Below are positions 48,478 through 59,700 of a stretch of 64,000 bases of DNA, in pieces. The position numbers and the translations under genes were made by a program. Source of the DNA: an uncultured bacterium (GTDB lineage: Bacteria; UBA8481); assembly GCA_964499705.1 (NCBI GenBank), contig CAZCME010000001.1, positions 323,243 to 387,242 on the forward strand, given 5' to 3'. Below the pieces are notes generated by a model, which was not told the DNA's origin, searched no databases, and worked only from the letters and a program-made list of their open reading frames with translations. How positions within the stretch are numbered: position 1 is the stretch's first letter; each line of letters starts with the position of its first letter.

Positions 48478-50763
48478 ATGTCACGTCGGTTGATGAAGCG
48501 TATTCTGGGTGTCGCGGTTCCACTTTTCCTGGGATTGACGCTGACGGGAGCCATGTTCGGCCAGGTGGCGCGCATCAAGTTCAAGAGCGGTCAGGTGCAG
48601 AGACTCGTCCACAGGGCCCTCGAACGCGGTGAAACTCCTGAGGAAGCGATCAGGCTGGCCGGCGAAGTTTCCAGGTTCATGAAATCCGGCGACAAGGTCA
48701 GCGCGGAAGCATGCCTCGACAGTGCTCTGGCGTTATTGCGCCGTGACAGGCGCGCGTCGCACACCCCTCGCAACATTCCTGATTCCTACCCGTTCGCGAA
48801 TCCGCCGTACGAAGCGCTTCAGGTCACGGGTGAACCGGAGGGGCGCAACGGCATCTACGACCCTTCGGTGGAATACGACGCTGATGGCGCCGTGGGCTGG
48901 CTGACCTACTCCGCCGTCGACAGCACGAGGGATTTCATTCGCGATCTGATCGGCACGCATCTCGCCAGGTCCACGGATCAGGGAAAAACCTGGCAATTCG
49001 TGAAAGTGTTGAAGCCGATAGAACCCGCGGAGATCACGACGGAGGCAGGAGAGAAGTTGTCGGGCAACTGGCGTGATGAAGTTCCCAGCCTCGTCTTCGA
49101 TCCGGAGGACCATGGCAGGGAGTGGAAATTGTTCACGCATCATTATTTCTGGAACGCCGAGAAGGATAGGATGCCTCAATATGGATGGATATCCTGTCAG
49201 ACGGCGTCGAGGCCCGACGGGGAATGGTCGGCTCCCGTCGCGCTGTTCGGCTCCACCAGGTTCCCGCCGGATCCCTACCGCCCGAAAATCGACCTCAATG
49301 CCCTGAGCCCGGATCTGAAGAACGCGATCACATATTCCGAACCCGGCGCCCTGGTCTTTGACAACGAGCTCTACCTGTCCCTCTCGGTTATCGGCGGAGG
49401 AGGACCTCAGAGCATCATCCTTCTGAAGTCGCTCGATCACGGCGGCACGTGGCAATTCGTGGCGACTCTTCTTGATGCGAAAATCGCGGGCGCCATGGGA
49501 ATGAGGAGCTTCGATGGATCCAGCCTGGTCCTGGAGAACGGGACGGCCTATCTCATGGCTTCCCCCCACGGATCGAAGGCGATGCACGAGGGGACGTTCC
49601 TCTTCGAATTCGACGATATCTCCAAGGGCAGACTGAAGATGAACGGCCAGGGAATACCGGCCGTTGTGAAAGCGATCCGGCCCGATGAGTCCTTTCTCTT
49701 CTCAAAGATCGGCGCCGGACAGGCTGATTACGATGAGAGGAATATCCACGGAGGCATCATTTTCCCGCAGGCGAACATGAAGGATGCGCCCCGAATCTTC
49801 CAACTATGGAACACTCGATGCGGTATCGCTGGGCAGCCCGGCGAAGCTCAAGACGGCTCCGAAGCGACGGCGGGCGAAAGCTGGAAACCCGGCGACTACA
49901 AACTCACGATGGATCACGCGGGACTCACGCGCAAGTATCAGGTTCACATTCCGCCGGGATTCGATGGGTCGCGCCGATCGGCGGCCGTGGTCATTCTGCA
50001 CGGCGGCGGGGCCAGGGCCGACCTCGTGGGAATGATCCGCGACGGGAGCGGCTTCGACGCATTGGCGGATCGGGAGGGATTCATAACGATCTACCCGGAG
50101 GCGATCGAGAATTACTGGAATGACGGTCGTGAGCTGGAGCGGTATCGATCCCAGAAGGAGAAGATCGACGACGTGGGATTCATCAAGGCGCTTCTGGAGC
50201 GCCTCTCGAAGCCGTTGAACCTGGACGCTTCCCGGATCTATGCGGTGGGAGCTTCCAATGGCGCGATGATGGCATTGCGCCTCGCATGCGACGCGTCGGA
50301 GAATTTCGCCGCGGTCGGATCGGTCGCGGGAAACCTTCCCGTCAAGCTTCAGCAAGCCGCGCGGCCGTCCCGGCCCGTCTCCGTTATCATATTGAACGGC
50401 ACGAAAGATCCTCTCATGCCCTGGAACGGCGGTACCGTCCGATTTTACTTTCAGAAGCTGGGAGAGGTTCTATCGGCGAAGGAGACGAGGGACTACTGGA
50501 TCGCCAGGAATCAATGTTCCGGCGAACCGAAACACACCGACCTGCAGGACAAGGATCCAAGCGATGGCACGCGCGTGACCGTGGATTCTTACGGCCCCGG
50601 TTCCGAAAACGCTTCCGTGGCCTTCTACACCATCGACGGCGGCGGGCACACATGGCCGGGCGGAGGAGAGATGAATCCGGAAAAAGTCGTGGGCAGGACC
50701 ACGCGCGACATCGACGGCACCCGGATCATCTGGGACTTCTTCAAGAATTCCGCGAGGCCGTAG
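48478..50763 (+). CDS. Secreted fusion protein: Asp-box (BNR) propeller plus LpqC/PHB-depolymerase-type esterase
   Basis: STDQGKTW and SLDHGGTW Asp-boxes; LHGGG, GASNGAMM, GTKDP, GGHTWPG. Confidence 0.8.
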   Translation: MSRRLMKRILGVAVPLFLGLTLTGAMFGQVARIKFKSGQVQRLVHRALERGETPEEAIRLAGEVSRFMKSGDKVSAEACLDSALALLRRDRRASHTPRNIPDSYPFANPPYEALQVTGEPEGRNGIYDPSVEYDADGAVGWLTYSAVDSTRDFIRDLIGTHLARSTDQGKTWQFVKVLKPIEPAEITTEAGEKLSGNWRDEVPSLVFDPEDHGREWKLFTHHYFWNAEKDRMPQYGWISCQTASRPDGEWSAPVALFGSTRFPPDPYRPKIDLNALSPDLKNAITYSEPGALVFDNELYLSLSVIGGGGPQSIILLKSLDHGGTWQFVATLLDAKIAGAMGMRSFDGSSLVLENGTAYLMASPHGSKAMHEGTFLFEFDDISKGRLKMNGQGIPAVVKAIRPDESFLFSKIGAGQADYDERNIHGGIIFPQANMKDAPRIFQLWNTRCGIAGQPGEAQDGSEATAGESWKPGDYKLTMDHAGLTRKYQVHIPPGFDGSRRSAAVVILHGGGARADLVGMIRDGSGFDALADREGFITIYPEAIENYWNDGRELERYRSQKEKIDDVGFIKALLERLSKPLNLDASRIYAVGASNGAMMALRLACDASENFAAVGSVAGNLPVKLQQAARPSRPVSVIILNGTKDPLMPWNGGTVRFYFQKLGEVLSAKETRDYWIARNQCSGEPKHTDLQDKDPSDGTRVTVDSYGPGSENASVAFYTIDGGGHTWPGGGEMNPEKVVGRTTRDIDGTRIIWDFFKNSARP

Positions 50764-50821
50764 CCTGTAAGGAATCCATGTTCTCGCCTGGAGTCGGAGG
50801 ATTATAGAGGGGATCGACCTT

Positions 50822-53800
50822 TCACGCGGGGACAAGGGGAACGGGAACGCCTTTTCTTGCGTCGGGATCGGAAATTGGTCGGGAAAGATAATGCAGGTAC
50901 GGCGTCAGGATCCCGCTCCGGTCCGTGGACGTGCCGTCGTACATGATGGAGACGATCGGCAGGCCGATGTCCTTCTCCAATTTCCGGTAGAGCGCTTCGC
51001 TGATGAGCCCGGGGCAGCAGAAGATCGGGTTCAGGTTCACGATGAGTCTCAAGTTCGGACAGTGCTCGATCAGGTGGAAGACCTTCAGGATATTCTCGGG
51101 CATCTCTCCCTCGTGCCGGTCCGAGAGGCCGTAGCGGCGCAGGTATTCGTGCGGCGGATGGTCCGCGTCGAGCGCGCGTTCTCCGAGAATCGGCCGCGCG
51201 ATGTTGATGAGATTCTGCGTGAGGAGCCGCAGGGCGTTCCAGGTCACCTTGTCGTGCAGAAAATCGCGGTACCGGCCGTCGAGCTTTTCGTTCATGAAAT
51301 ACGAATGCGATGTGAGGTGGATCGTCTCGATGAAGGGGACGGTCACGACTTCGGCGCCGGCGCGCTCGATCTCGCGGATGAGATTCCGGTTGAGCGTTTC
51401 GTTCTCCCGCACGTACAGATCGCCCACGATTCCGACTTGCGGTAAAGTTCGATGCTTTCTCTCGATGCCGGCGAATTCCGCCACGACCTCCCGGAACGCT
51501 TCTTCCTCGGAGCCGCCCTCCGCGAAGCACCGGAAAAGCCTTTCGGATGCGTTCCGCAGGACTTCATCCGTCCGTCCTTTCCGTGTCTCCGTCGGGCGGA
51601 TCTTCAACGTCATCTTCTGGACGAGGCCGCCGAGGAGTGTGGCGATGTACCACTCGTACATCATCTCGCGCGGCAGGTCGATCGGGAGGTATTTTCCGAC
51701 CAGCACGGTCACGTGCTCCAGGCCGCCGCCCATGCGTTCGAGCTGCTGCTTGATCATGACGGGAAATTGCGGGAGATTGCAGGAGATCCGCGCGTCCGAG
51801 TTGCAGTAGACCGCGACGCGGGCGGGATCGAGCTCGTGCTTCCGGATCGTGTGGCGGATGCCCAGGGAGAGGAGGCTGACGGGCAGGCATTGACCGTCGT
51901 TGATCCGGAGGCCCGAACCGGCGGCATCCTCGATGACGATCGATTCATAGCCCGCTCTGATGAAGACGCCCTTCACCAGTTGCGCGCAGAGAGGATCATG
52001 GCCGGGCAGCAAGTAGATCTTGTTCTCCAGGTCGCGGGAGAGCGAAATGGACGGTCGCGGCCCGCGTGTTTCGTCGGGCACGTGATTGCGGAACGACTCG
52101 ATCGCGGCTTCGACGCGGGTCTCGTATCCCTCCCCGGCTTCATGCTGATCAATCTCCAGGATCAGATAGGGTTTCCGGTAGTAATCCATGATCCTCTTGA
52201 AATACGAAAGGATGAAGGAATCCGGCGAGCAGCGGAAAGCGGTCACGTAGATCGGAAAGAGACCGGGCGTCCGAGCGACGGTCTCCGCGGCGCGGACGAG
52301 GGAGTTGCCGAAGTGCCAGTGATTCCACTTCAGGAAATCGCGCGCCGCGTCGAGCGCGCGGTCGTCGACCGGGATCATGTCCATGTAGAAGGATTGGACG
52401 CCCCGGGCGGCGAGCATGTCGGGGATGCCCTTGTTGAGGGAAGGATTGAGGACGAGGTAGGGGCGCCCGAGGAGCGCAATGGAAACGTCGCGCCGCGCGC
52501 CGAACTGGTTGCGAAAGAGGTCCTTCAGATCGGCTCTCCGTTCCCGGAACCATTCCAGCGAGAGCCGAAGAGCTTCCTCCACTTCCGCGAACGCGACGCG
52601 TTCTCTCAGCGCATCGGGAAAACCCAGATACAGTGATCGCGCGAGGCTGTCGGGATCGTCCCGCATGTTGAGGACCGGCGTGAAGAGCTTGTCGTTCACG
52701 GAGAAGCCGGGAATGTTCCTGATGAGCGGCACCGCGAAGCGGGAGTAATAGCAGTAGTAATCCTTTTCGGTGCCCCGGGCGTTTTCGAGAAGCTGGGGAT
52801 AGAAGATGAAGTCGACGCGGTCGGCGAGGGATTGAACATGTCCGTGGAACTCCAGGAGCGGCGCGCAATATTCCGCTCCGCAAAGTCGCTTTCCATCGGC
52901 GGCGCGCCGTGTCGAGCTTTCGGAGACGATCGGATTCATCCCCAGCTTCTGGAAGAAGAGGCGCCAGAGCGGGAGAAATTCGAAGAGCGTCATCGTGGCC
53001 GGCAAACCGATGCGCGGCACCGGCGCGTGTTCGAACTCGACAGCCCGGGCCTCGATTCCCGCGGTGAAGAGCTCGTTTCGGAGGTCGAGCAGGTTGAACT
53101 GGATGCGATTGCGGAGGCGCGTCAGTGAAAACTCCGGGCGCCGGATGACGGCGCGGATCCCGCCGGACTGAAAATCATGAAAGAGGTTGGGGACGGGCGT
53201 TGTCGCATCCCGGCCGGCGGGACGGACGGCGAAGACCTTGCGATGATCCCGCAGCAGGTCGAAACCCTCGGCATCCTTCTTGCGAAATCCCGTGTCGCTC
53301 TCGTCGCGTCCGCAGAGATAACCCCATCCCACCGTCTCTCCGTCGATCTCCGTCCACTTGATCTTGCAGTGGTTCTTGCAGTAGGCGCAGACGTAATCGC
53401 TGATCGTCACCTCCTCCGTGTGCAGGCACTTGCGGAACCGGCAGGGAAAAGCGGCGCGGGAATCGATCAGGCGGAGAGAAACGCCGAGCGCGCCGGTGAT
53501 GTGGCAGAATTTCGAGACCGCGATGGGCCTTTCCAGCTTCTGCGCGAACGCGCGCACGAGCGCGTGATTCTTCGCGGTCGCTCCCTGGAAGGCGATATGC
53601 CGGCCGATCTTGTCGGGGTGGGCGACCTTGGAGAGGTAATTGTCCCGGACGGAATGCAGCGCCGCCGCGAGGAGCTCCTCCCGGCGATACCCCAGTCCCA
53701 GGAGATGATGAATGTCGCGGGCCATGAAGACGGTGCAACGGTCGCTGATGAGCGGCGCGGGCGAGTCGATCGCGAGCGACGCGTATTCCTCCAGCCCGAC

Positions 53801-55171
53801 TCCCAGTTGTTGAGCCTGCTCCTCGATGAAACTTCCGGTTCCCGCGGCGCAGACGTGGTTCATGACGGCGAAGGTCACGTGTCCGTTCTCCATCACCGTG
53901 AACTTCGCGTCCTGGCCTCCGATCTCGATGATCGTGTCGATCCTGGGATCGATATGGAACGCGGCCCGCGCGTGCGCCGTGATCTCGTCGACGGCAATGT
54001 CAGTCCGCGTCACGCGCTGGATGAAGCGGCGGCCGGATCCGGTCGCGCCCGTCCCGCGCAGGTGGAATTGCACCCGGCATTTTTCCTCCAGCGCCCGCAT
54101 GGCTCTCGTCAGCTTCTGCACGGCCGCGATCGGTTGTCCTTCGGTGCGCGCGTAGAAGCCGGCCAGCACCGTTCCGTCCGGTCGCACGAGCGCGGACTTG
54201 GTGCTTGTGGAGCCCACGTCGATGCCGAGAAAGCAATCTTCGTCGCTTCCGGCCGCGATCTCCTCGTACAGATCCGTCTCCACGCCCCCCTCGCATGTCG
54301 TCAGGCGGCTGGAAAAATCGGGGGGTTGAAGCGGGATCTGGGCGAGGGGAGCGTAGAAATAGGAGCGGGTCGATGGCGTGCGACGGAGAAAATCGCGGAT
54401 CGGCAGGTGTTCGACCGAGGAGACTTGTTCCGCCGCCGTGAGCGCGGCTCCGATGGCGCCGATGCATTCGCTTCTCCCGGGAACTTTCAGTTCACGATTC
54501 AACAGTGCGCCGAGAGCATTCACGACGGCCTGGTTCCTGCTCACGCCGCCTGTGACGACGAAGGGATCGAGGGGATCGATGCCCTGGAAAAGCGTGTCGT
54601 GGATATTCTGGGCTACACCCTGGGCGAGACCGGCTGCGATGGCGGGGAGACTGCAGCCCTGCTGCTGGATGTGGATCAGGTCCGTGCGGGCGAAGACGGC
54701 GCAGCGCGTCGCGATCTTCGGAGGATCTCCTTCGAAGGTCAGAGCCAGCCGGGAAAGCGTGGAGCTATCCTCCAATCCGAGACGCAGGGCTTGCTGATCG
54801 AGAAAGGAGCCCGTTCCGGCGGCGCAGGGCGAATTGGAGACGACCTTGCGATAGCGGCCATCCTCATCGAGGAGAATGACGCCAAAGGTCTCCGCTCCGA
54901 TCGTGATGATCGTCCGCGCTCCGGGAGACACACGGCGGATTCCCGCGATGAGCGCGACCTGCTCGTTGACTTCGACGCCCGAGGTGAAGCGTTCCCGTCC
55001 CCTTTCCGTGACCCCCAGGGCAACCGTCGCCCGGTGCGGAAGATCGTCGATCATCGCCTCGATCGTGGCTGTCACGTTTCCCCGGTGGAACCGGTAGTCG
55101 CAGCGGGTAGTGACGCGATCCTCGTCGAGGAGAGCGAGCGCGACGGAAATCGAACCGATGTCGATTCCCAC
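50822..55171 (-). CDS. Acyl-CoA dehydratase activase-related protein (two BadF/BcrAD ATPase domains plus DUF2229-like region); start uncertain
   Basis: GIDIGS...CAAGTGSFL...RCAVFA and GIDVGSTSTK...EIGGQD...CAAGTGSFIEE...RCTVF; CSPDSF; frame open to 55375. Confidence 0.88.
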   Translation of the reverse strand: MGIDIGSISVALALLDEDRVTTRCDYRFHRGNVTATIEAMIDDLPHRATVALGVTERGRERFTSGVEVNEQVALIAGIRRVSPGARTIITIGAETFGVILLDEDGRYRKVVSNSPCAAGTGSFLDQQALRLGLEDSSTLSRLALTFEGDPPKIATRCAVFARTDLIHIQQQGCSLPAIAAGLAQGVAQNIHDTLFQGIDPLDPFVVTGGVSRNQAVVNALGALLNRELKVPGRSECIGAIGAALTAAEQVSSVEHLPIRDFLRRTPSTRSYFYAPLAQIPLQPPDFSSRLTTCEGGVETDLYEEIAAGSDEDCFLGIDVGSTSTKSALVRPDGTVLAGFYARTEGQPIAAVQKLTRAMRALEEKCRVQFHLRGTGATGSGRRFIQRVTRTDIAVDEITAHARAAFHIDPRIDTIIEIGGQDAKFTVMENGHVTFAVMNHVCAAGTGSFIEEQAQQLGVGLEEYASLAIDSPAPLISDRCTVFMARDIHHLLGLGYRREELLAAALHSVRDNYLSKVAHPDKIGRHIAFQGATAKNHALVRAFAQKLERPIAVSKFCHITGALGVSLRLIDSRAAFPCRFRKCLHTEEVTISDYVCAYCKNHCKIKWTEIDGETVGWGYLCGRDESDTGFRKKDAEGFDLLRDHRKVFAVRPAGRDATTPVPNLFHDFQSGGIRAVIRRPEFSLTRLRNRIQFNLLDLRNELFTAGIEARAVEFEHAPVPRIGLPATMTLFEFLPLWRLFFQKLGMNPIVSESSTRRAADGKRLCGAEYCAPLLEFHGHVQSLADRVDFIFYPQLLENARGTEKDYYCYYSRFAVPLIRNIPGFSVNDKLFTPVLNMRDDPDSLARSLYLGFPDALRERVAFAEVEEALRLSLEWFRERRADLKDLFRNQFGARRDVSIALLGRPYLVLNPSLNKGIPDMLAARGVQSFYMDMIPVDDRALDAARDFLKWNHWHFGNSLVRAAETVARTPGLFPIYVTAFRCSPDSFILSYFKRIMDYYRKPYLILEIDQHEAGEGYETRVEAAIESFRNHVPDETRGPRPSISLSRDLENKIYLLPGHDPLCAQLVKGVFIRAGYESIVIEDAAGSGLRINDGQCLPVSLLSLGIRHTIRKHELDPARVAVYCNSDARISCNLPQFPVMIKQQLERMGGGLEHVTVLVGKYLPIDLPREMMYEWYIATLLGGLVQKMTLKIRPTETRKGRTDEVLRNASERLFRCFAEGGSEEEAFREVVAEFAGIERKHRTLPQVGIVGDLYVRENETLNRNLIREIERAGAEVVTVPFIETIHLTSHSYFMNEKLDGRYRDFLHDKVTWNALRLLTQNLINIARPILGERALDADHPPHEYLRRYGLSDRHEGEMPENILKVFHLIEHCPNLRLIVNLNPIFCCPGLISEALYRKLEKDIGLPIVSIMYDGTSTDRSGILTPYLHYLSRPISDPDARKGVPVPLVPA

Positions 55172-55364
55172 GGCGCATGGAGCAGCTGCAGCGTGACTTC
55201 CCGTGAAAGGGCCTCCCCCGGGTCGCGGCCGACCGCGGCCGGATGACCTGTGAAAAACTATACCATGAGAGAAGGAGGTAATGATTTGACGGACGGCACG
55301 GGAACCGGTAATATATGTTTGTCGTCGGCCGAAAAGAGACTCCACTTCCGCCAGACGGCGCCCT

Positions 55365-56519
55365 ATGGAAGCCAAGCAGAAACCCTACGACTGGACCAAC
55401 ATTCTCTTTCTGACGCTCTCGCCGATCGTCGCCTTCGGCAGCATCGCCTGGTACAGCATGCTCCATGGAGTCCACCCCATGGACATCGCGATCTTCATCC
55501 TCTTCTACTTTTTCACGGGCATCGGAATCACCGGCGGCTACCATCGTCTTTACGCGCACAAAAGCTACAACTGCAAACCTCCTCTCGAAATTCTCTACCT
55601 TCTCTTTTCCGCGGCGGCTCTTCAGAACTCCGCGCTCCGCTGGTCCCGCGATCACCGGATCCATCACCAGAAGACGGACAAGGACGAGGATCCCTATTGC
55701 ATCATGCGTGGCGCCTTCTACGCGCACATGGGATGGATCTTCTACAAGAATCCCGAACGCGACGACGACTTCTCCCTCGTGCCGGATCTTGTGAAAAATC
55801 CCCGTGTCATGTGGCAGGAGCGGCACTACCTCCCGATCGCTCTCGGCGTCGGCTTTCTCCTGCCGGCTCTCCTCGGCTGGCTGGTCGACCGCCCGCTGGG
55901 AGGATTCCTCTGGGGCGGGCTCCTCCGCGTCGTTTTCGTTCATCACGCGACCTTCTGCATCAACTCCGTCGCGCACCTCGTCGGGACACGGCCTTACTCG
56001 CTCGCGAATACGGCGCGCGATTCCTGGTGGCTTTCCCTCGTCACCTACGGCGAGGGATACCACAATTACCACCACCGGTTTCCGACCGATTATCGTAACG
56101 GCATCCGATGGTATCACTGGGACCTGACGAAGTGGTGGATCAACGCGATGCAGGCGTGCGGCCTCGTGTCGGAGAAGAAGCGGATCCGCGAGGAGCTCAT
56201 CCTGAAGGCGCGGATCGAGACGGACATGGAGCGGGCGAAGCTGCTGCTGGTGAACGCTCCGGAATCCCTGGCGGCCCGGATGGAGGCGCGCCTGGAAGCC
56301 GCGCGGCTTCATCTGGAGGAGACCGCCCGCCGTTGCCAGAAAGCTCGACGCCGGATCTCCGCTCTGCAGCGCTCCGCGATCCGCCGATACGGCGTCCGGT
56401 TCGCGATGCTGAAGCTGCGCCTGAGGCACTACGACCTGCAGTACAAGCTCGCGAACGCCCAGTGGGCGCTCATCATCGCCGCGGTCAGCCGTATCACCGG
56501 GAGCGGACATATCTCGTAA
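55365..56519 (+). CDS. Membrane fatty-acid (delta-9 acyl-CoA type) desaturase
   Basis: His boxes HRLYAH, HRIHH, GEGYHNYHH; DYRNG. Confidence 0.93.
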   Translation: MEAKQKPYDWTNILFLTLSPIVAFGSIAWYSMLHGVHPMDIAIFILFYFFTGIGITGGYHRLYAHKSYNCKPPLEILYLLFSAAALQNSALRWSRDHRIHHQKTDKDEDPYCIMRGAFYAHMGWIFYKNPERDDDFSLVPDLVKNPRVMWQERHYLPIALGVGFLLPALLGWLVDRPLGGFLWGGLLRVVFVHHATFCINSVAHLVGTRPYSLANTARDSWWLSLVTYGEGYHNYHHRFPTDYRNGIRWYHWDLTKWWINAMQACGLVSEKKRIREELILKARIETDMERAKLLLVNAPESLAARMEARLEAARLHLEETARRCQKARRRISALQRSAIRRYGVRFAMLKLRLRHYDLQYKLANAQWALIIAAVSRITGSGHIS

Positions 56520-56574
56520 ATCAATAAGTGATTGATCGGAAATTCGATCTTCATGACTCCCCGACCGATTCCAA

Positions 56575-56658
56575 GGTGATTAAATTCACCATTTTCAGCC
56601 ATTGCGAAACCGGCTTACCTCACGAATAATCCTTATCAGGCATGTGATCCATGTCATA
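56575..56658. promoter_or_regulatory. Two palindromic operator candidates upstream of the large surface protein
   Basis: GGTGA-TTAAAT-TCACC (56575-56590) and TGTGA-TCCATG-TCATA (56643-56658). Confidence 0.45.
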
Positions 56659-56701
56659 CCGCCGCGACGGAATGCGACGGATCAGCTTCATTGGAGGATT
56701 T

Positions 56702-59700
56702 ATGTCGCTTTCTCGCCCGGTTCGCTCATTCGTTCTGATCACGGTCATTCTCTCGGCGCTCATTTCGGTCAATGCGTCCGCGGCGGGCGTATTCCGCAAT
56801 TTTCATCCGGCCAGGGTCGTCGCTTTCCAGAAGGACATGTTCACGACGGCCGCACGCGCTGGAGCCGTCGGGCTGGATTGCGGATCGGGCGGCAACGTCT
56901 TCGTGACGGACAAGACCACGTTCGGATCGGAGATGCTCATCGTCGCGGACCGCGAGCATCATCGCGTTCTCATCTTCAAGACCGCTCCGTCGACGAACGA
57001 TGCGACGCCGGACATCATCGTCGGCCAGGCGGATGCGGCCTCGACGATGCCGAACCGGGACAATGGGACACCCAAGGCGAATTCCTTCAACGATCCGATG
57101 GACGCGTGCGTCGGTCCTGACGGTCAGCTGATCGTCGCCGATCGCGACAACCATCGCGTTCTCATCTGGAACACGATGCCGGTGACGGGCCAGGAGGACG
57201 CCGACCTGGTCCTCGGGGAGCCGGACAAGACGACGCGCGGAAATCGCAGGACGCGCGACGGCATGGAGTGTCCTGAAGGTGTGGCGGTGCACGGCACGAA
57301 GCTTCTCGTGGCCGACCGCAACAACAGCCGCGTTCTCATATGGAACGATTGCCGGATCGGCAAGCTCGCCGACGGGCAGAACGCCGACGTCGTCGTCGGA
57401 CAGACATCCTTCGACGAAGGATTCTCGAATGTCTTCGACAACGTCCACATGGGCGCGCCGCGCGGCATCGCCGTTTCGACCGACGGAAAACTCATCGTGC
57501 CCCAGTCGAATTCCTCCGGTCATAATCGCGTTATGATCTGGAATACGATTCCCGCCGCGAACGGCGCGCCCGCCGACGTCGTCCTCGGTCAGCCGAACTT
57601 CTCCGATCACGACGGCAGGTCCGGCGCGAACGGATTGAACGATCCGATCGGCGCTTCCGTCAGTCGCGACGGAAGAATCGCGGTCGCCGATTACATCAAC
57701 GGCCGCGTCCTCATCTGGAACTCGATCCCCGCCGCGAATGGCGCATCCGCCGATATCGTCCTCGGCCAGCGGGATTTTACTGCCAACGATTTCGCGATGG
57801 ATCCGGACGAGCGATACCTGGGAGGACCGGTCGGAGTCGAGTGGACGGCCGACGGTCGGCTCTGGACGCTTTCGCTCGCCGGCGGCGGAATGGTGAAGCT
57901 CTTCGATCCGGACTTCGCTCCGGAGATCGCCGACTACGTGCAGCCGAAGGTCGCTCCGAAGTCCGCGCTTGTTCCCGCGGGAACCCCTGTCGCGCTGACC
58001 GTCAGCGGAGGAAAAGCGCCGTTCCTGTGGGCGATGGTTCCGAACGGTCAGCCGGAAGGCTACTGTCCGACGACCTTCGACGCCGCGACCGGCACGGTCA
58101 CGCCGGGGCTCTGGAGCATCCACCAGGCCGATAATCAGGCGCTGCAGTATTTCACCGTGACGGATGCGAAAGGCCAGGTCGACACAGCGGAGCTTCGCGT
58201 TTTTCCGGCGATGACGGCGCGCGCTGATCAGTCCTCCGTCTATCCCGGGCAATCGACGTACGTCAATGCATCGGGCGGCGTGAGCCCTTACTACGGCCCA
58301 TGGACATTTACGGTGGTCGAGAATCGTTCCGGCGGAAGCGTGAAGCAGAATCCGTACGGCGGATACGCCTACCAGCAGATCTACGAGGCCGGAACCATTT
58401 CCGGTGTGAAGGACGTCGTGGAGATCTCGGATTCGGCGGGCAACAAGGCGCGGGTGGAGATCGACGTCGCGATTCCTCCCGTCGTTTCGCCGGCGGATCC
58501 CACTGTCGAATCCAATCAGCAGGTCGCGTTCTCCTTCTCAGGAGGAATCTTTCCTCCCGACGCGCAGGGGCGGAGCTGGATGATGGTCGACAACCAATCC
58601 GGTGGCCGGATCGGATCGTACGACGGACAGTACACGGCGGGACCGAATGCCGGAACGGACGTGATCGCCCTGCACGACGTGAACGGTTATCTTGCCAGGA
58701 CGAAGGTGACGGTCGTTCCGGGAGCCGCGGCCGCCGAAGGCCCCACGAACGCCGAACTGATAGCGGAAGCGGATCAGATCAATTATGGCATCGCGCAGAA
58801 AAGGCGGGATGTCAGCGCGCTGCTTGATCTTGCCCGCCAGGAGCGCGATGTCATCAAGGTGACATGTCTCGATGACAAACTGAACCAAATGGATGTTACC
58901 GGCCGGAGCTCGCTTGAACATACGGATCTCCTGCGCGCCGCCATTAATGCCAACAACATTCCGATGCGGGATTCGGAAATCTTCTGGATTCGCATTTACG
59001 GCCAGCGCGCCGAGCAACTCTTGACGGAGGCGCGACTCTGCATCGGAGACGATATCGACGGCGGCGGGGCCGGCGGTGTCGTCGTCATCACGGAGCCGAA
59101 GGCCGAACCGTTGTCGCTGGGCCAGGCGAATCGCACCGTGTTCATGGACGATCACATCACATTTATGGCGACCGGCGGGAAGTCTCCTTATGCGTATCTC
59201 CTGGTCACGAACGCGTCCAGCGCAGCGACCGACAGGAGCGCGACGGAATACTTCTATCGCGCCGGCGGAAAGACCGGCGTGGACGTCATCCGGGTCACCG
59301 ACGCGGCCGGCGCCACCGCGGATGTGGCCGTCACCGTGCTGGAGAAATTCACGATCGCTCCCGCCTCGAGTTCCATTTCCGCCGGAGTCGCGCGCACGTT
59401 CACGGCGGCGGGCGGAGCGGGCGGTTATACGTTCTCGCTCACGTCCAACTATTCCGGAGGATCGATCAATTCCTCCTCGGGCGAATATGCAGCAGGTCCA
59501 AACGCGGGACAGGACGTCGTTCGCGTCACCGATTCGCTCGGGAATGCCAGGGACGCTCAAGTCAATGTAACCTCTCCGCTCTCGATGGGCGAGCCGAACC
59601 GGACCGTCTTCATGAGCACACCCATCACGTTCACGGCGACCGGAGGAACGTCTCCCTACGCATACCTCCGTGTCGCGAACGGTTCGCTTTGCATGACCGA

